NCBI GenBank assembly: GCA_028715345.1
Contig: JAQUSB010000007.1
Span: 2,287 to 66,286, forward strand
Direction of reading: 5' to 3'
Length of the DNA: 64,000 nt
Source of the DNA: Candidatus Omnitrophota bacterium
GTDB taxonomy: Bacteria; Omnitrophota; Gorgyraeia; 2-01-FULL-45-10
Shown: positions 9,001-14,302 of the stretch, piece by piece
Layout of the letters: each line of letters opens with the position of its first letter
Position numbering within the stretch: the first letter of the stretch is position 1
Translations under genes and position numbers: made by a program
Notes under the pieces: model-generated
The model's input: only the letters and a program-made list of their open reading frames with translations
What the model was told of the DNA's origin: nothing
Database searches by the model: none

Positions 9001-10937
9001 ATATTTTTTAAATATTCCCAGCGGCTAACCGTTCCCTCCTCATGCGTAACTATCGGAAGTCCTGTCCCATCCTCGGCAAGTTCCGGCTTTTGCGCCAGAT
9101 CGGATATTTCATCAGAGCCGGAAGAGGACCCTCTGTCGGGTTTGGCGGGCGGCGCTTTGAGCCCGGCGCCGATCATTGCCTCGGTCATGGTGGGGCATAA
9201 CTGGGCGGCTGTCGCCATGGAACTCTTCAAAACCGACGGCATAGCATCTCTTATCCAAATATTTTTCTCTCCCGATAGTATCTTGAAATACGGGCACTCG
9301 TAGCCGTCGCAAGTCCTGAAATTCGGTATTATAGAAATATAGGCGATATTCTTCTCTTTGAATTGTTCGGTCAAATTTTCGGTGTGGAAACCGCCGGTAA
9401 CTACGATGGAGGATTTCTGAACCTGTTTCATAGAATTAGATTGCTTGCGTGAAACAGGTTCAAGCGTCATATTCTTTATAAACGCATTGTCGCGTTTGAA
9501 TGAATACTCATAAAATTTCTCGATCCGGCCGCGATATCCGTCTAATCGGTATAAGTCCTGAACCTGTTTCATGCCGGCGATCGACTCACTTGAAACAGGT
9601 TCAAGCAACGAGGCTTCCTTATTTATAAAAGAGGTGTAATTCCGTATAGCAAAGGCGCCTTCATTAGCCTTGTAATACCTGTAATCGGCTCTCGTAAGCG
9701 AGATATTGAATATATTTTTCAGGATGGCGAGATCTTTGGAAAGTTTATCAAGCTGTCTTTGCTTATCGTTTTGATACAGGACCTCGCGGATCTTCGTTTC
9801 CAGCGCCCCGACCTCATCGATCACTTTCGACTTATCGACGGCTGCGTAGGACGAGATGTAGACGATATATTTTTCCAGCTCGGGGAAATTCCCGACCGGG
9901 ATATCCGCCTGCTTTGCCTTATTCACCAGATATCCGTAAAATTCTTCCTGCGGGGTAATCCCGGCCTTAAACTCCACCGTCTTCACCACCAGCTCCTTCA
10001 TACCGTTCTTAGATAACCTCTTCTGCAATCTGTCTATAAGCTCATCCCGCTCGTTATTGGCTTTGCGAAAGTCTATCTCGTCCTCCCGTTTCATTACCTG
10101 GTTCAGCAGGAATATGTCGGGGAAAGATTTTATATCTATCAATTTATCTCTTGAGTTCGCTGCAAGATAATTCAGGTAATCTTTGAATTCGATATTGCCG
10201 GCCTTGTATTGAGTGTATTTCAGGTCGAGCGAGAGAAGCTCCTTGGAATATATCTTCATTTTGAGATTGGTAAGGATATGACTCAGGTTTTTCAGCAGCC
10301 TGTCGACATCATCTTTATCTTTTAAAGAATTGCGGTAAACTTTAAGGTTATCGATATATAGCCTTGTATCCTCTATGCCCCACAGCCTCGCTTTATCGGG
10401 ATTGTTCAGTGCAAAATATTCGGCGCCGTTTACCAGGCCTTCTTTGACAAAATGATCCGCGACACGCTCGCGTTTAGCCCTGTCCTTTATGCCCGTAAAT
10501 ATCGAAAGGTCATAATCTTTGGCGCCGCCTTCAAGGTTTATCTCGCTAACGCCGTATTCTTTATTGAGATATTCGATTATGTCTGCTATGGCGCGCTGGG
10601 CATAGTAGTTACAGTGGGCATCCTGGATGTGGATAACGGTGGTTCCGGTCTTCCTGCTTCCGATAGCCGGCTCCCAGGAGTCTTTTACAGTCCCGAGAGA
10701 TCGCGGTAAACTGAACGTCTTTACGGTCAGCTGTTTTAAAGCGCCCGTACTGGCAGGACTGGCAGCTCTTTTATCAGAACCGACGCTAGTAAGTTCTGAG
10801 GGCGTTCTGCCAGCCCAGGCAATATCGTAACATATAGTATTAGCTAAAAAGGCCACCAAGGTGATGAAAGATATCATCGCCTTGAATGGCCTCTTAGAAA
10901 TTAAACCGACACTCCTATCAGATCTAGCGTCTAACAT
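1..10937 (-). CDS. giant modular membrane-anchored multidomain protein; 3' end beyond window (>=3,645 aa in window)
   Basis: ATG at 10937..10935 is the first start after an in-frame TAA; a possible AAGGA RBS lies 11 nt upstream. I translated every codon from 10937 to 8461 by hand in one frame (forward triplets beginning at positions divisible by 3) with no stop. Spot translations at 6481-6540, 5761-5820, 4681-4740, 2581-3140, 1441-1500 and 1-60 sit in the same frame and read as sensible protein. The rest was read less rigorously, but the length of my running translation matches 10937/3 = 3645 codons. The N-terminus reads MLDARSDRSVGLISKRPFKAMISFITLVAFLANTICYDIAWAGR (signal anchor). It is absent from the ORF track because the stop codon lies outside the window. 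Lower GC than the rest of the window. Confidence 0.8.
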   Translation of the reverse strand, partial: MLDARSDRSVGLISKRPFKAMISFITLVAFLANTICYDIAWAGRTPSELTSVGSDKRAASPASTGALKQLTVKTFSLPRSLGTVKDSWEPAIGSRKTGTTVIHIQDAHCNYYAQRAIADIIEYLNKEYGVSEINLEGGAKDYDLSIFTGIKDRAKRERVADHFVKEGLVNGAEYFALNNPDKARLWGIEDTRLYIDNLKVYRNSLKDKDDVDRLLKNLSHILTNLKMKIYSKELLSLDLKYTQYKAGNIEFKDYLNYLAANSRDKLIDIKSFPDIFLLNQVMKREDEIDFRKANNERDELIDRLQKRLSKNGMKELVVKTVEFKAGITPQEEFYGYLVNKAKQADIPVGNFPELEKYIVYISSYAAVDKSKVIDEVGALETKIREVLYQNDKQRQLDKLSKDLAILKNIFNISLTRADYRYYKANEGAFAIRNYTSFINKEASLLEPVSSESIAGMKQVQDLYRLDGYRGRIEKFYEYSFKRDNAFIKNMTLEPVSRKQSNSMKQVQKSSIVVTGGFHTENLTEQFKEKNIAYISIIPNFRTCDGYECPYFKILSGEKNIWIRDAMPSVLKSSMATAAQLCPTMTEAMIGAGLKAPPAKPDRGSSSGSDEISDLAQKPELAEDGTGLPIVTHEEGTVSRWEYLKNMVSGKITNEQEKIVSEEAVEVVNIFLPDEEAEQKQAIALELVKKVKPLNLFYHIKHVLREDAMISIFIAPFLTIAYLAITLYINPSATGVVENIIFSFYIPLIGAATLYGLFDSMETTRMGGSSYLGYGSRFPIIAKYFSLLFERTPNIFLSTLGSDRRFRLAVAHEFTHLMKRMGHIKHDIDYPIASAMGVMRVLEKEHNVDIAAGSMGEWRKEAFEYGYNVMKDNDVGLEIKYERIEEWAKGRWGSYNSVEPEYTYGLGVALVGMGYALSQQTGRPEDLRQFIYRISQITGKKSHSEEVADVIKEITGGVVYLTAPSAEGPTAEFIGAIRALRPDISERAIVDIYEVWHKLGEGKEVKEILRALDEIHDDSGGLKKAFPDEDLSFVPASLKNINSRDLIDEAVGKRFILPVSSLSETAREVLRLFNIDSANPNIYLIPMRANPSANLMHNRAVHTKFTKNGKPCSDVFKGVGIADRMEYRTVDGVRIPFYKGKPPYGLRGGVLTLENMTYLGASWWLKNKFNEYFDTNDAIFDKLKARGLKHEAEDMIIQPGAIFKPLFLSATFDPRHAGEIWEGAKKGIPVTDVTRLVEAETALEHVGFSKTDDREIIEGQEVLFYQVGISERIEELSLVGDIRSHHSWRTADSRWDSFFEYLDPTLKRENPADRRKLFNEMIVRNLALLRILWKESFSASHQYGTIVNHQNLNPLFIFDYDSIGKGSAEARASDIAALLNTLSVVAYALGIWPHPEPIYRLLVTGDGNFVEFDPSLRMLPEFQFAINTLREMDEDAFSAFLEGKLLQSGPSATNSEAELFALPIGSFPNDFMGETPSAAAKPKGQGEAPSPKILNHVAHATSLSAFEKILREGLYQRVGKSTLSDCSREPYVASRGDTDRVEVVFDIPIEERLIKTSSGYDTGDYYEMTKSAQVILDDKKLDALFPPDSISSKILNGMMKDANRAGLLACLPNKYINYVETINRIKFRYLETKKDAAYGLSEENFIKALDLIMEMCANDTIGNELSVELCRKIATDYEIPDKSREKAESILAKISTLTKVAGKIPLAAVPAAAKPEQSSTPAAGVAPQGPSPIIHNQRRQFIKSAAIAIGSVIAGGTIAYITGRKTQKKQSPAATEAISSDLIIHKDEETVKRILKVLRMSLRKPGELVASMYKKDIEASIDRSNSNVALIEEAYDRLEGFSILDAGIERYPVLLITNTEKMELRSFDGSADSELDLIIINYDRFMDLREKYGERRAMIWLVETMAHEWTHLNNKLVRPGISELKDEFWAYWATWKAVSKLEPENEASIKYANDVYKTFDILVKNRSKVCKILNVKDAEFNDISYVNVFRYKKELMAITLYDRLNPSAEPITLFINISSNSIKEPEAPGKNNLSPEEQKEIDKILKLSATTLDLNGSRPLSTAVAAAFIAAAAKPEQPSTPAAGVAPQGPSPIIQVGGLTISAPSSEPFLKKYSPYLYIYSTIVATLLMSAAFATFIDWSKSNIFIAALNVFFMAILNYNIVEGIATKALSFTHPLILPGVDLKSGIPPEYKTISYYPILLRSESELKFFDEDFIPSIENNNDPNIKWVVFSSSPDGIRELERDRVLELQKKYGQDRVFYIHRDSSINNWEKKRGGYMHFMLWLKNSLRADGTLDSDPRFPACPAGKVFDEILGDISGLKGANNLAMADSDTIWTKDSIKGLVSKIEHPSNREYGIFQSRVEPYNTEESVLTKYSYHIFKKYRDRGARVWRALRQVNFIGHGAAWNIDTFLNAIAGKMKDGYLSHDIVEGIFLKTALTEDIVTLEEIPPNIFLQIKQWARWWKGNKLSFVFFKREVPDESGKLVKNKATLINKYLLYIATKNYLSSPMLLALILTNMVFSHYIFYGSLSLLTVLYGILISFELYGSALIGNGSVGDTYKSIKSLTMFIMLAPVNVVEVSIFVIKSYIDDIKNEIRQNKKMLVWVPQGGLTKELTLKQSYSNLKYVMLFAIVTLSIYHNYMGMGLYYFFGALIISPLLAWYTSLAPPAITPPSAAVKPEQPSTPAAGVAPQGSSPIIQGSAISVNEVFALTQEEYAKAKAILLGEKSLSLKEFRELVKDLRNSEILEHYFFGGPYAAPHGEVTPYLKRVYKTMFTAYGSAALQTNNIVLIAWVIRKFMELVPKQLYGRGVDPYTKIPYSEAIKEKLATIFGRLLTGVKDASLKETFLKAMITRATEGSTIAADYEVPSIDFISISVIMQNNRFQRCVSSVANNKPAASFIIAQNVLRHMTESYMLLTDDEINNAVEYVEKQFQENRNRGILGGRTEKMIIARHAEDMFADEEAIWLGMAKRTGVKDEIITKDLIGPQSKNDILKHLEDAVGVTTFIFNGHGGKNHLWLSQGEPSQAQRKEMHITNAISYIEMAEALAKNAKTNKVFSDMNIILLSCFSNDFAIQLRNELRKLLGASIKLPLIYAASDENATARSGAISRAIDKNIQDVLTVQNLFEVSDDPSVFVTNNPSFILPDLGPVMSSPTVAPAAVKPEQPSTPAAGVAPQGPSPITGSAVTAWFDRITPRMQKRMKALFAAPLLEESLYRLIPVFITGVITYFVFGEFDWNLALALSTPLQAAFGYKFITDHLEQGRAPPSYARKLAAPTIVTAINGIILPFIMPIVTANPIAYICAIILTHSITNAIVLIHNKLITDKSKELGLARKIDERSIYNAIHEGIYFDDKINRIYKILLDMNLKEQFQKIISKEMDPLVGRPPFGVNKNLNIENVLDLLVQDFIRIIGIRKVPGGLENELKEMLRTRFFVDMRDLAKFEEVTLNQYEAVVLGILAEYNLSADFPERIKPVLVRLGKWSVNFGIVDVTDFKEVPPLDHAPVIGIATRALAGLGDITKIGLLVPGIAKEMSNMGVEKYTIRVFCFQEDMAKMANLEAESASKKAELEGMYSGLTFEFIPITGRNARIKPGSKELENMDVLITLVRPVNEVLSLPAVETDISRKGIPPICMTLGEYDSMVPPNERRRS
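1402..1474. repeat. linker direct repeat copy (encodes VAPAAVKPEQPSTPAAGVAPQGPSPI)
   Basis: Near-identical to the other copies. Followed in the protein by TM helices (LIPVFITGVITYFVFGEF; IVTAINGIILPFIMPIVTANPIAYICAIIL). Confidence 0.85.
1620..1985 (-). other. caspase-like (C14/CHAT or clostripain-like) cysteine peptidase fold candidate
   Basis: VGVTTFIFNGHGGKNH (His at 1914..1916) is followed ~57 residues later by NIILLSCFSNDF (Cys at 1746..1748), the caspase His/Cys dyad pattern. Both were translated by hand. Confidence 0.45.
2854..2926. repeat. linker direct repeat copy (encodes PPSAAVKPEQPSTPAAGVAPQGSSPIIQ)
   Basis: The 73-bp copy has one substitution (GACGATCC vs GACGGTCC). Fully hand-translated in frame. 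Confidence 0.9.
2960..3470 (-). other. polytopic TM region after the GT2 domain (at least 5 predicted helices)
   Basis: Hydrophobic stretches such as LLYIATKNYLSSPMLLALILTNMVF, IFYGSLSLLTVLYGILISF and YVMLFAIVTLSIYHNYMGMGLYYFFGALIISPLLAW, translated in frame. Confidence 0.5.
3550..4280 (-). other. processive family-2 glycosyltransferase catalytic domain (cellulose-synthase-like) within the giant ORF
   Basis: Motifs in the order expected for this family: VFYIHRD ... KKRGGYMHFM ... LAMADSDT (DxD, 3948..3956) ... GHGAAWNIDTF ... LSHDIVEG ... QIKQWARWW (QxxRW, Q at 3570..3572). The two key motifs were translated by hand. Flanked by TM helices on both sides. Confidence 0.6.
4670..4718. repeat. 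linker direct repeat copy (encodes AAFIAAAAKPEQPSTPAAGVAPQGPSPIIQ)
   Basis: Near-identical 49+ bp core. Followed in the protein by TM helices (YLYIYSTIVATLLMSAAFATFIDW; NIFIAALNVFFMAILNY). Confidence 0.85.
5208..5222 (-). other. HExxH motif 2 (VETMAHEWTHLNNK)
   Basis: The reverse complement of 5205-5235 translates in frame to VETMAHEWTHL. Confidence 0.45.
5750..5812. repeat. linker direct repeat copy (encodes AAVPAAAKPEQSSTPAAGVAPQGPSPII)
   Basis: ATTATTGGGGACGGTCCCTGTGGTGCCACCCCAGCAGCAGGCGTTGATG(A/G)CTGCTCCGG core, at least 97% identical to the copies at 4670, 2854 and 1402. Confidence 0.85.
6489..6520. repeat. degenerate copy of the linker repeat (encodes ETPSAAAKPKGQGEAPSPKI)
   Basis: Shares GGCTTCGCCGCGGCGG with the other copies. 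In-frame translation confirmed. Confidence 0.5.
8493..8507 (-). other. HExxH motif 1 (LAVAHEFTHLMKRMGH), putative zincin-like metallopeptidase site
   Basis: Hand-translated in frame: RLAVAHEFTHLMKRMGHIKH. The family is not identified; a DUF4157-like pre-toxin peptidase is one possibility. Confidence 0.45.
9418..9462. repeat. intragenic palindromic unit 1 (13-bp perfect stem TGAACCTGTTTCA / TGAAACAGGTTCA, 19-nt loop)
   Basis: Seen directly in the sequence. It encodes LEPVS-(x6)-MKQVQ in the giant ORF. Confidence 0.7.
9559..9603. repeat. intragenic palindromic unit 2 (same 13-bp arms, unrelated 19-nt loop)
   Basis: Same arms as unit 1, 141 bp away; the loop sequence is entirely different. Again encodes LEPVS...MKQVQ. 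Confidence 0.7.
10812..10877 (-). other. N-terminal signal-anchor/TM helix of the giant protein (AMISFITLVAFLANTICYDIAWA)
   Basis: Hydrophobic stretch at residues ~21-42, directly after a basic N-terminus. Confidence 0.6.
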
Positions 10938-11116
10938 ATCTAATAGTGTCCTTATACTTTTTAAATCTTTAAATTAATGGGCGAAAAAATATACCCTGCA
11001 CAACATACATTGTACCGGGTGTTCTTTTTTCCTAGCGTCTACATATATAAGATTACACTATAATATCATTATCGGCAAGGAACAAAATCTTGCTTTTTTA
11101 TGTCCTAACATTGTGC
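10938..11116 (-). promoter_or_regulatory. AT-rich intergenic region with a putative sigma70-type promoter for the giant gene
   Basis: 179-bp gap after the etfA stop. On the minus strand, TTGTTC-N17-TATAGT and TTGCCG-N17-TAATCT are both candidates. Confidence 0.3.
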
Positions 11117-12319
11117 TTATTTCTTGAGGATCCGTTTGAATTCTTTGGTAAGCGCGGGGACTACCTCGAAGAGGTCACCTACTATACCGTAGGTGGCGAC
11201 TTTAAATATAGGGGCATCGGGGTCTTTATTTATTGCTACTATCACTTTTGAAGACTGCATACCTATTAAATGCTGTATCTGGCCTGAAATGCCGCATGCT
11301 ATGTAAAGCTTCGGGCAGACCGTCTTCCCCGTCTGGCCGACCTGGTGCGAATAAGGCATCCATCCCGCGTCGACCGCGCTTCTGGAAGCGCCGACTGCGC
11401 CGTTAAGGACTTTGGCAAATTCCTTTATGATAGCAAAATTTTCTGCTCCGCCCACGCCTCTGCCGCCTGAAACTATAATATCGGCCTCGGCGAGGTTCAC
11501 GGTCTCCTCGATCTCTTCGACGATATCGAGAAGCGTAGTCCGCGACTTTAGAATATCACCCGAAAAAGTCTTCCTTATAACCTCGGCTTTGTGCCCTTTA
11601 TGTATCTCCGCCTCTTTCATTACCTTATGGCGGACCGTCGACATTTGCGGCCTGTGGTTCGGTGTAATGATAGTAGCCATGATGTTGCCGCCGAACGCCG
11701 GGCGCGTCTGAAGAAGCAATCTCTCTTTTTCGTCTATATCCAACCCTGTGCAGTCTGCCGTGAGACCTGCGTCTATCTTTATCGCGACGCGCGATATCAT
11801 GCTCCTCCCCACCGTAGTGGCGCCGCACAAAATTACCTCGGGCTTGTATTCTTTGACCAGCTCTACAAGTATATTGGTATACGGATCGTCCTGGTAAGAT
11901 TTTAATTCGGGCGCGTCGACAATGTAAATTTTATCCGCGCCTCGCGCGCTCAATTCCGCTATTTTAGGCTCGATATTATGCCCCAGTATCACGGCGCAAA
12001 GTTTCACGCCGAGTTTTTTGGCAAGTTTCTTGCCTTCCCCCAGAAGCTCGAAGGAAATGGTCTGTATTACGCCTTTCTTCTGTTCGCAGAATACCCAGAC
12101 GTCTTTGTAAGCGGAAAGATCTTTCTTCTCGACGGCTTCCCTGTTAAGCTCTATCGCCTTAAATTTGCACGCCGCCACGCAGGCGCCGCAAAGATTGCAC
12201 TTCGCCATATCGATGACCGCTTTTTTATTCGCCATATGGATCGCGACGAACGGACAGGTTTTGACGCAGAACGTGCATCCGATGCACTTATCGAGCAATA
12301 TTTTTATCGAGCTTGCCAT
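11117..12319 (-). CDS. etfA: electron transfer flavoprotein alpha subunit with N-terminal 2x[4Fe-4S] ferredoxin domain (FixB-like)
   Basis: CIGCTFCVKTCP and CNLCGACVAACK cysteine motifs, followed by an ETF-alpha/FAD-binding region. Confidence 0.8.
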   Translation of the reverse strand: MASSIKILLDKCIGCTFCVKTCPFVAIHMANKKAVIDMAKCNLCGACVAACKFKAIELNREAVEKKDLSAYKDVWVFCEQKKGVIQTISFELLGEGKKLAKKLGVKLCAVILGHNIEPKIAELSARGADKIYIVDAPELKSYQDDPYTNILVELVKEYKPEVILCGATTVGRSMISRVAIKIDAGLTADCTGLDIDEKERLLLQTRPAFGGNIMATIITPNHRPQMSTVRHKVMKEAEIHKGHKAEVIRKTFSGDILKSRTTLLDIVEEIEETVNLAEADIIVSGGRGVGGAENFAIIKEFAKVLNGAVGASRSAVDAGWMPYSHQVGQTGKTVCPKLYIACGISGQIQHLIGMQSSKVIVAINKDPDAPIFKVATYGIVGDLFEVVPALTKEFKRILKK

Positions 12320-12320
12320 A

Positions 12321-13103
12321 TTAAATCACTATATCCTTTAAAAGTTCGGTCAGTTCCTTTGCAATGTCAACGGTCTCACCGCTCAGTATCTCCCCGCCTT
12401 TTCTCGCGGGCGGAGTGAATATCTTGACGACCCTCGTCGGCGAACCTTCGAGCCCGAGCGATTTAGGATCGGCTTTGATATCGTCGGCCGTCCACTTCGT
12501 TATTTTAGCGGATTTCGCTTTCATCATACCTTTTAATGAAGGTATGCGCGGCGTATTGATCTCTTTTACGACCGTCAAAAGGCACGGGAGCGGGGTCTCG
12601 ACTATGTCGTAGCCTTCTTCGGTCATGCGCTCGACCTTTGCCTTGTTTGCCGTGATATCTTCTATCTTTTTTACGTAAGTTACCTGGGGGATATTAAGGT
12701 GCGTCGAAATGCCGGGGCCGACCTGGGCAGTATCTCCGTCCGAGGCCTGCTTGCCGCATATGACGATGTCGTAAGCTGCTATCTTCTTGATTGCGCAGGA
12801 CAGCGTATAACTCGTCGCCCACGTATCGGAGCCGGCGAACTTCCTGTCGCTGACAAGGATCGCTTCGTCGCAGCCGAGCGAGATCGCCTCTTTAAGCGCG
12901 TTCTCGGCCTGCGGGGGGCCCATCGAGATTACGGTGACCTTACCGCCGAACCGCTCTTTAAGCCTGACGGCCTCCTCGATCGCGTATGTGTCGAACGGGT
13001 TTATCACGCTCTCGACGCCGGCGCGGATAAGCGTATTCGTGACCGGGTCTATCTTCACATCGGTCGTGTTAGGGACTTGTTTTATGCAAACTACTATGTG
13101 CAC
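12321..13103 (-). CDS. etfB: electron transfer flavoprotein beta subunit
   Basis: MHIVVCIKQVPNTTDVKIDP is a typical EtfB N-terminus. 1-nt spacing to etfA. Confidence 0.85.
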   Translation of the reverse strand: MHIVVCIKQVPNTTDVKIDPVTNTLIRAGVESVINPFDTYAIEEAVRLKERFGGKVTVISMGPPQAENALKEAISLGCDEAILVSDRKFAGSDTWATSYTLSCAIKKIAAYDIVICGKQASDGDTAQVGPGISTHLNIPQVTYVKKIEDITANKAKVERMTEEGYDIVETPLPCLLTVVKEINTPRIPSLKGMMKAKSAKITKWTADDIKADPKSLGLEGSPTRVVKIFTPPARKGGEILSGETVDIAKELTELLKDIVI

Positions 13104-13110
13104 GTTTAAA

Positions 13111-14265
13111 CTATTCTCCCTTCAGGCTCTCTTTGATAAGGTTGGCCGCGATGACATTGCGCTGTATCTGGTTCGTGCCTTCGTATATCTGGGTTATCTT
13201 CGCGTCACGCATATATTTTTCGATCGGGTAATCTCTCATATAACCGTATCCGCCGAATATCTGAATGGCGTCTACGGTGACCTTCATCGCCACATCCGAT
13301 GCGAACATCTTCGCCATCGCGGACTCTTTCGCGACGCTCTTCGCGCCCGAGTCCACCATCCTCGCGGTCGCGTAAACGAGCGCGCGCGCCGCCTCTATCT
13401 GCGTCGCCATGTCCGCCAGCATATGCTGGATAGCCTGGAAACTCGATATCGGCTGCCCGAACTGGACGCGCTTCCTGGCGTATCCGACAGCGTGATCGAG
13501 CGCGCCCTGCGCTATACCGAGCGCCTGCGCCGCGACTCCGGGGCGGGAGTTATCGAACGTCTTCATCGCTACTATGAAACCCATACCTTCTTTGGATATG
13601 AGGTTCTCTTTCGGTATCCTGCAATCGGTGAATATGACCTCGCGCGTCGCGGAAGCGCGTATGCCGAGCTTCTTCTCTTTCGCGCCGAAATCCACACCCT
13701 TAGTGCCCTTCTCTACTATAAATGCGCTCGCTCCCCTGGCGCCCTTGGTCTTATCGGTCATTGCTATTACAGTGTAAACTTCAGCCTCTCCGGCATTCGT
13801 GATCCACTGCTTCGTGCCGTTCAAAATGTAATGATCGCCGTCTTTTTTTGCCGTGGTCTTGATCGAACCCGCGTCGGAACCTGCTTCGGCTTCCGTTATA
13901 CAGAAAGCCGCGACCCTTCCCTTGGCTATCTGGGGCAGATATTTCTTCTTTTGCTCTTCGCTTCCGTAAAGTATTATAGGAAATGTCCCCAGCCCTGTCC
14001 CGGCAAATCCAAGCGCTATGCCGCCGCAAGCTTTAGAAAGCTCTTCGGCCACAAGGCACATATCTACTATGCCGCCGCCCAGCCCGCCGTATGCTTCCGG
14101 TATATAAACACCGAAGAGATCGCTATCCACAAGGACTTTCACTATCTCCCAGGCGAACGCTTCCGTTTCGTCATATTTTGCGGCTAAAGGCGCTATCTTT
14201 TCTTTGGCGATCTTGCGCGCCAGGTCCCTTATCATTATCTGCTGTTCGGTAAATAAGTAATCCAT
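13111..14265 (-). CDS. acyl-CoA dehydrogenase (short-chain/butyryl-CoA type)
   Basis: ACAD family signature, including a C-terminal YEGTNQIQ-like segment. Adjacent to etfBA. Confidence 0.8.
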   Translation of the reverse strand: MDYLFTEQQIMIRDLARKIAKEKIAPLAAKYDETEAFAWEIVKVLVDSDLFGVYIPEAYGGLGGGIVDMCLVAEELSKACGGIALGFAGTGLGTFPIILYGSEEQKKKYLPQIAKGRVAAFCITEAEAGSDAGSIKTTAKKDGDHYILNGTKQWITNAGEAEVYTVIAMTDKTKGARGASAFIVEKGTKGVDFGAKEKKLGIRASATREVIFTDCRIPKENLISKEGMGFIVAMKTFDNSRPGVAAQALGIAQGALDHAVGYARKRVQFGQPISSFQAIQHMLADMATQIEAARALVYATARMVDSGAKSVAKESAMAKMFASDVAMKVTVDAIQIFGGYGYMRDYPIEKYMRDAKITQIYEGTNQIQRNVIAANLIKESLKGE

Positions 14266-14302
14266 GGTTTCACTCCTATGGTTAGATATAATTACAGGGG
14301 TT

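Noticed and set aside
9361-10200. Apparent frameshifts and in-frame stops in the giant ORF (near 10197, 10140, 10085, 10020, 9600, 9420), which briefly suggested a decayed pseudogene or an alternative genetic code
   Set aside because: Each one traced back to my own one-character line-copying errors. After re-reading the lines exactly, all checked segments fall in a single frame with no stops. Neighbouring genes use TAA, TAG and TGA as stops, so no recoding is needed.
1015-10830. Short plus-strand ORFs (60-217 aa) listed in the ORF track across the first 11 kb
   Set aside because: They lie antisense to a continuous minus-strand reading frame that translates into coherent, motif-bearing protein. 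Their sequences are low-complexity and look like antisense artefacts.
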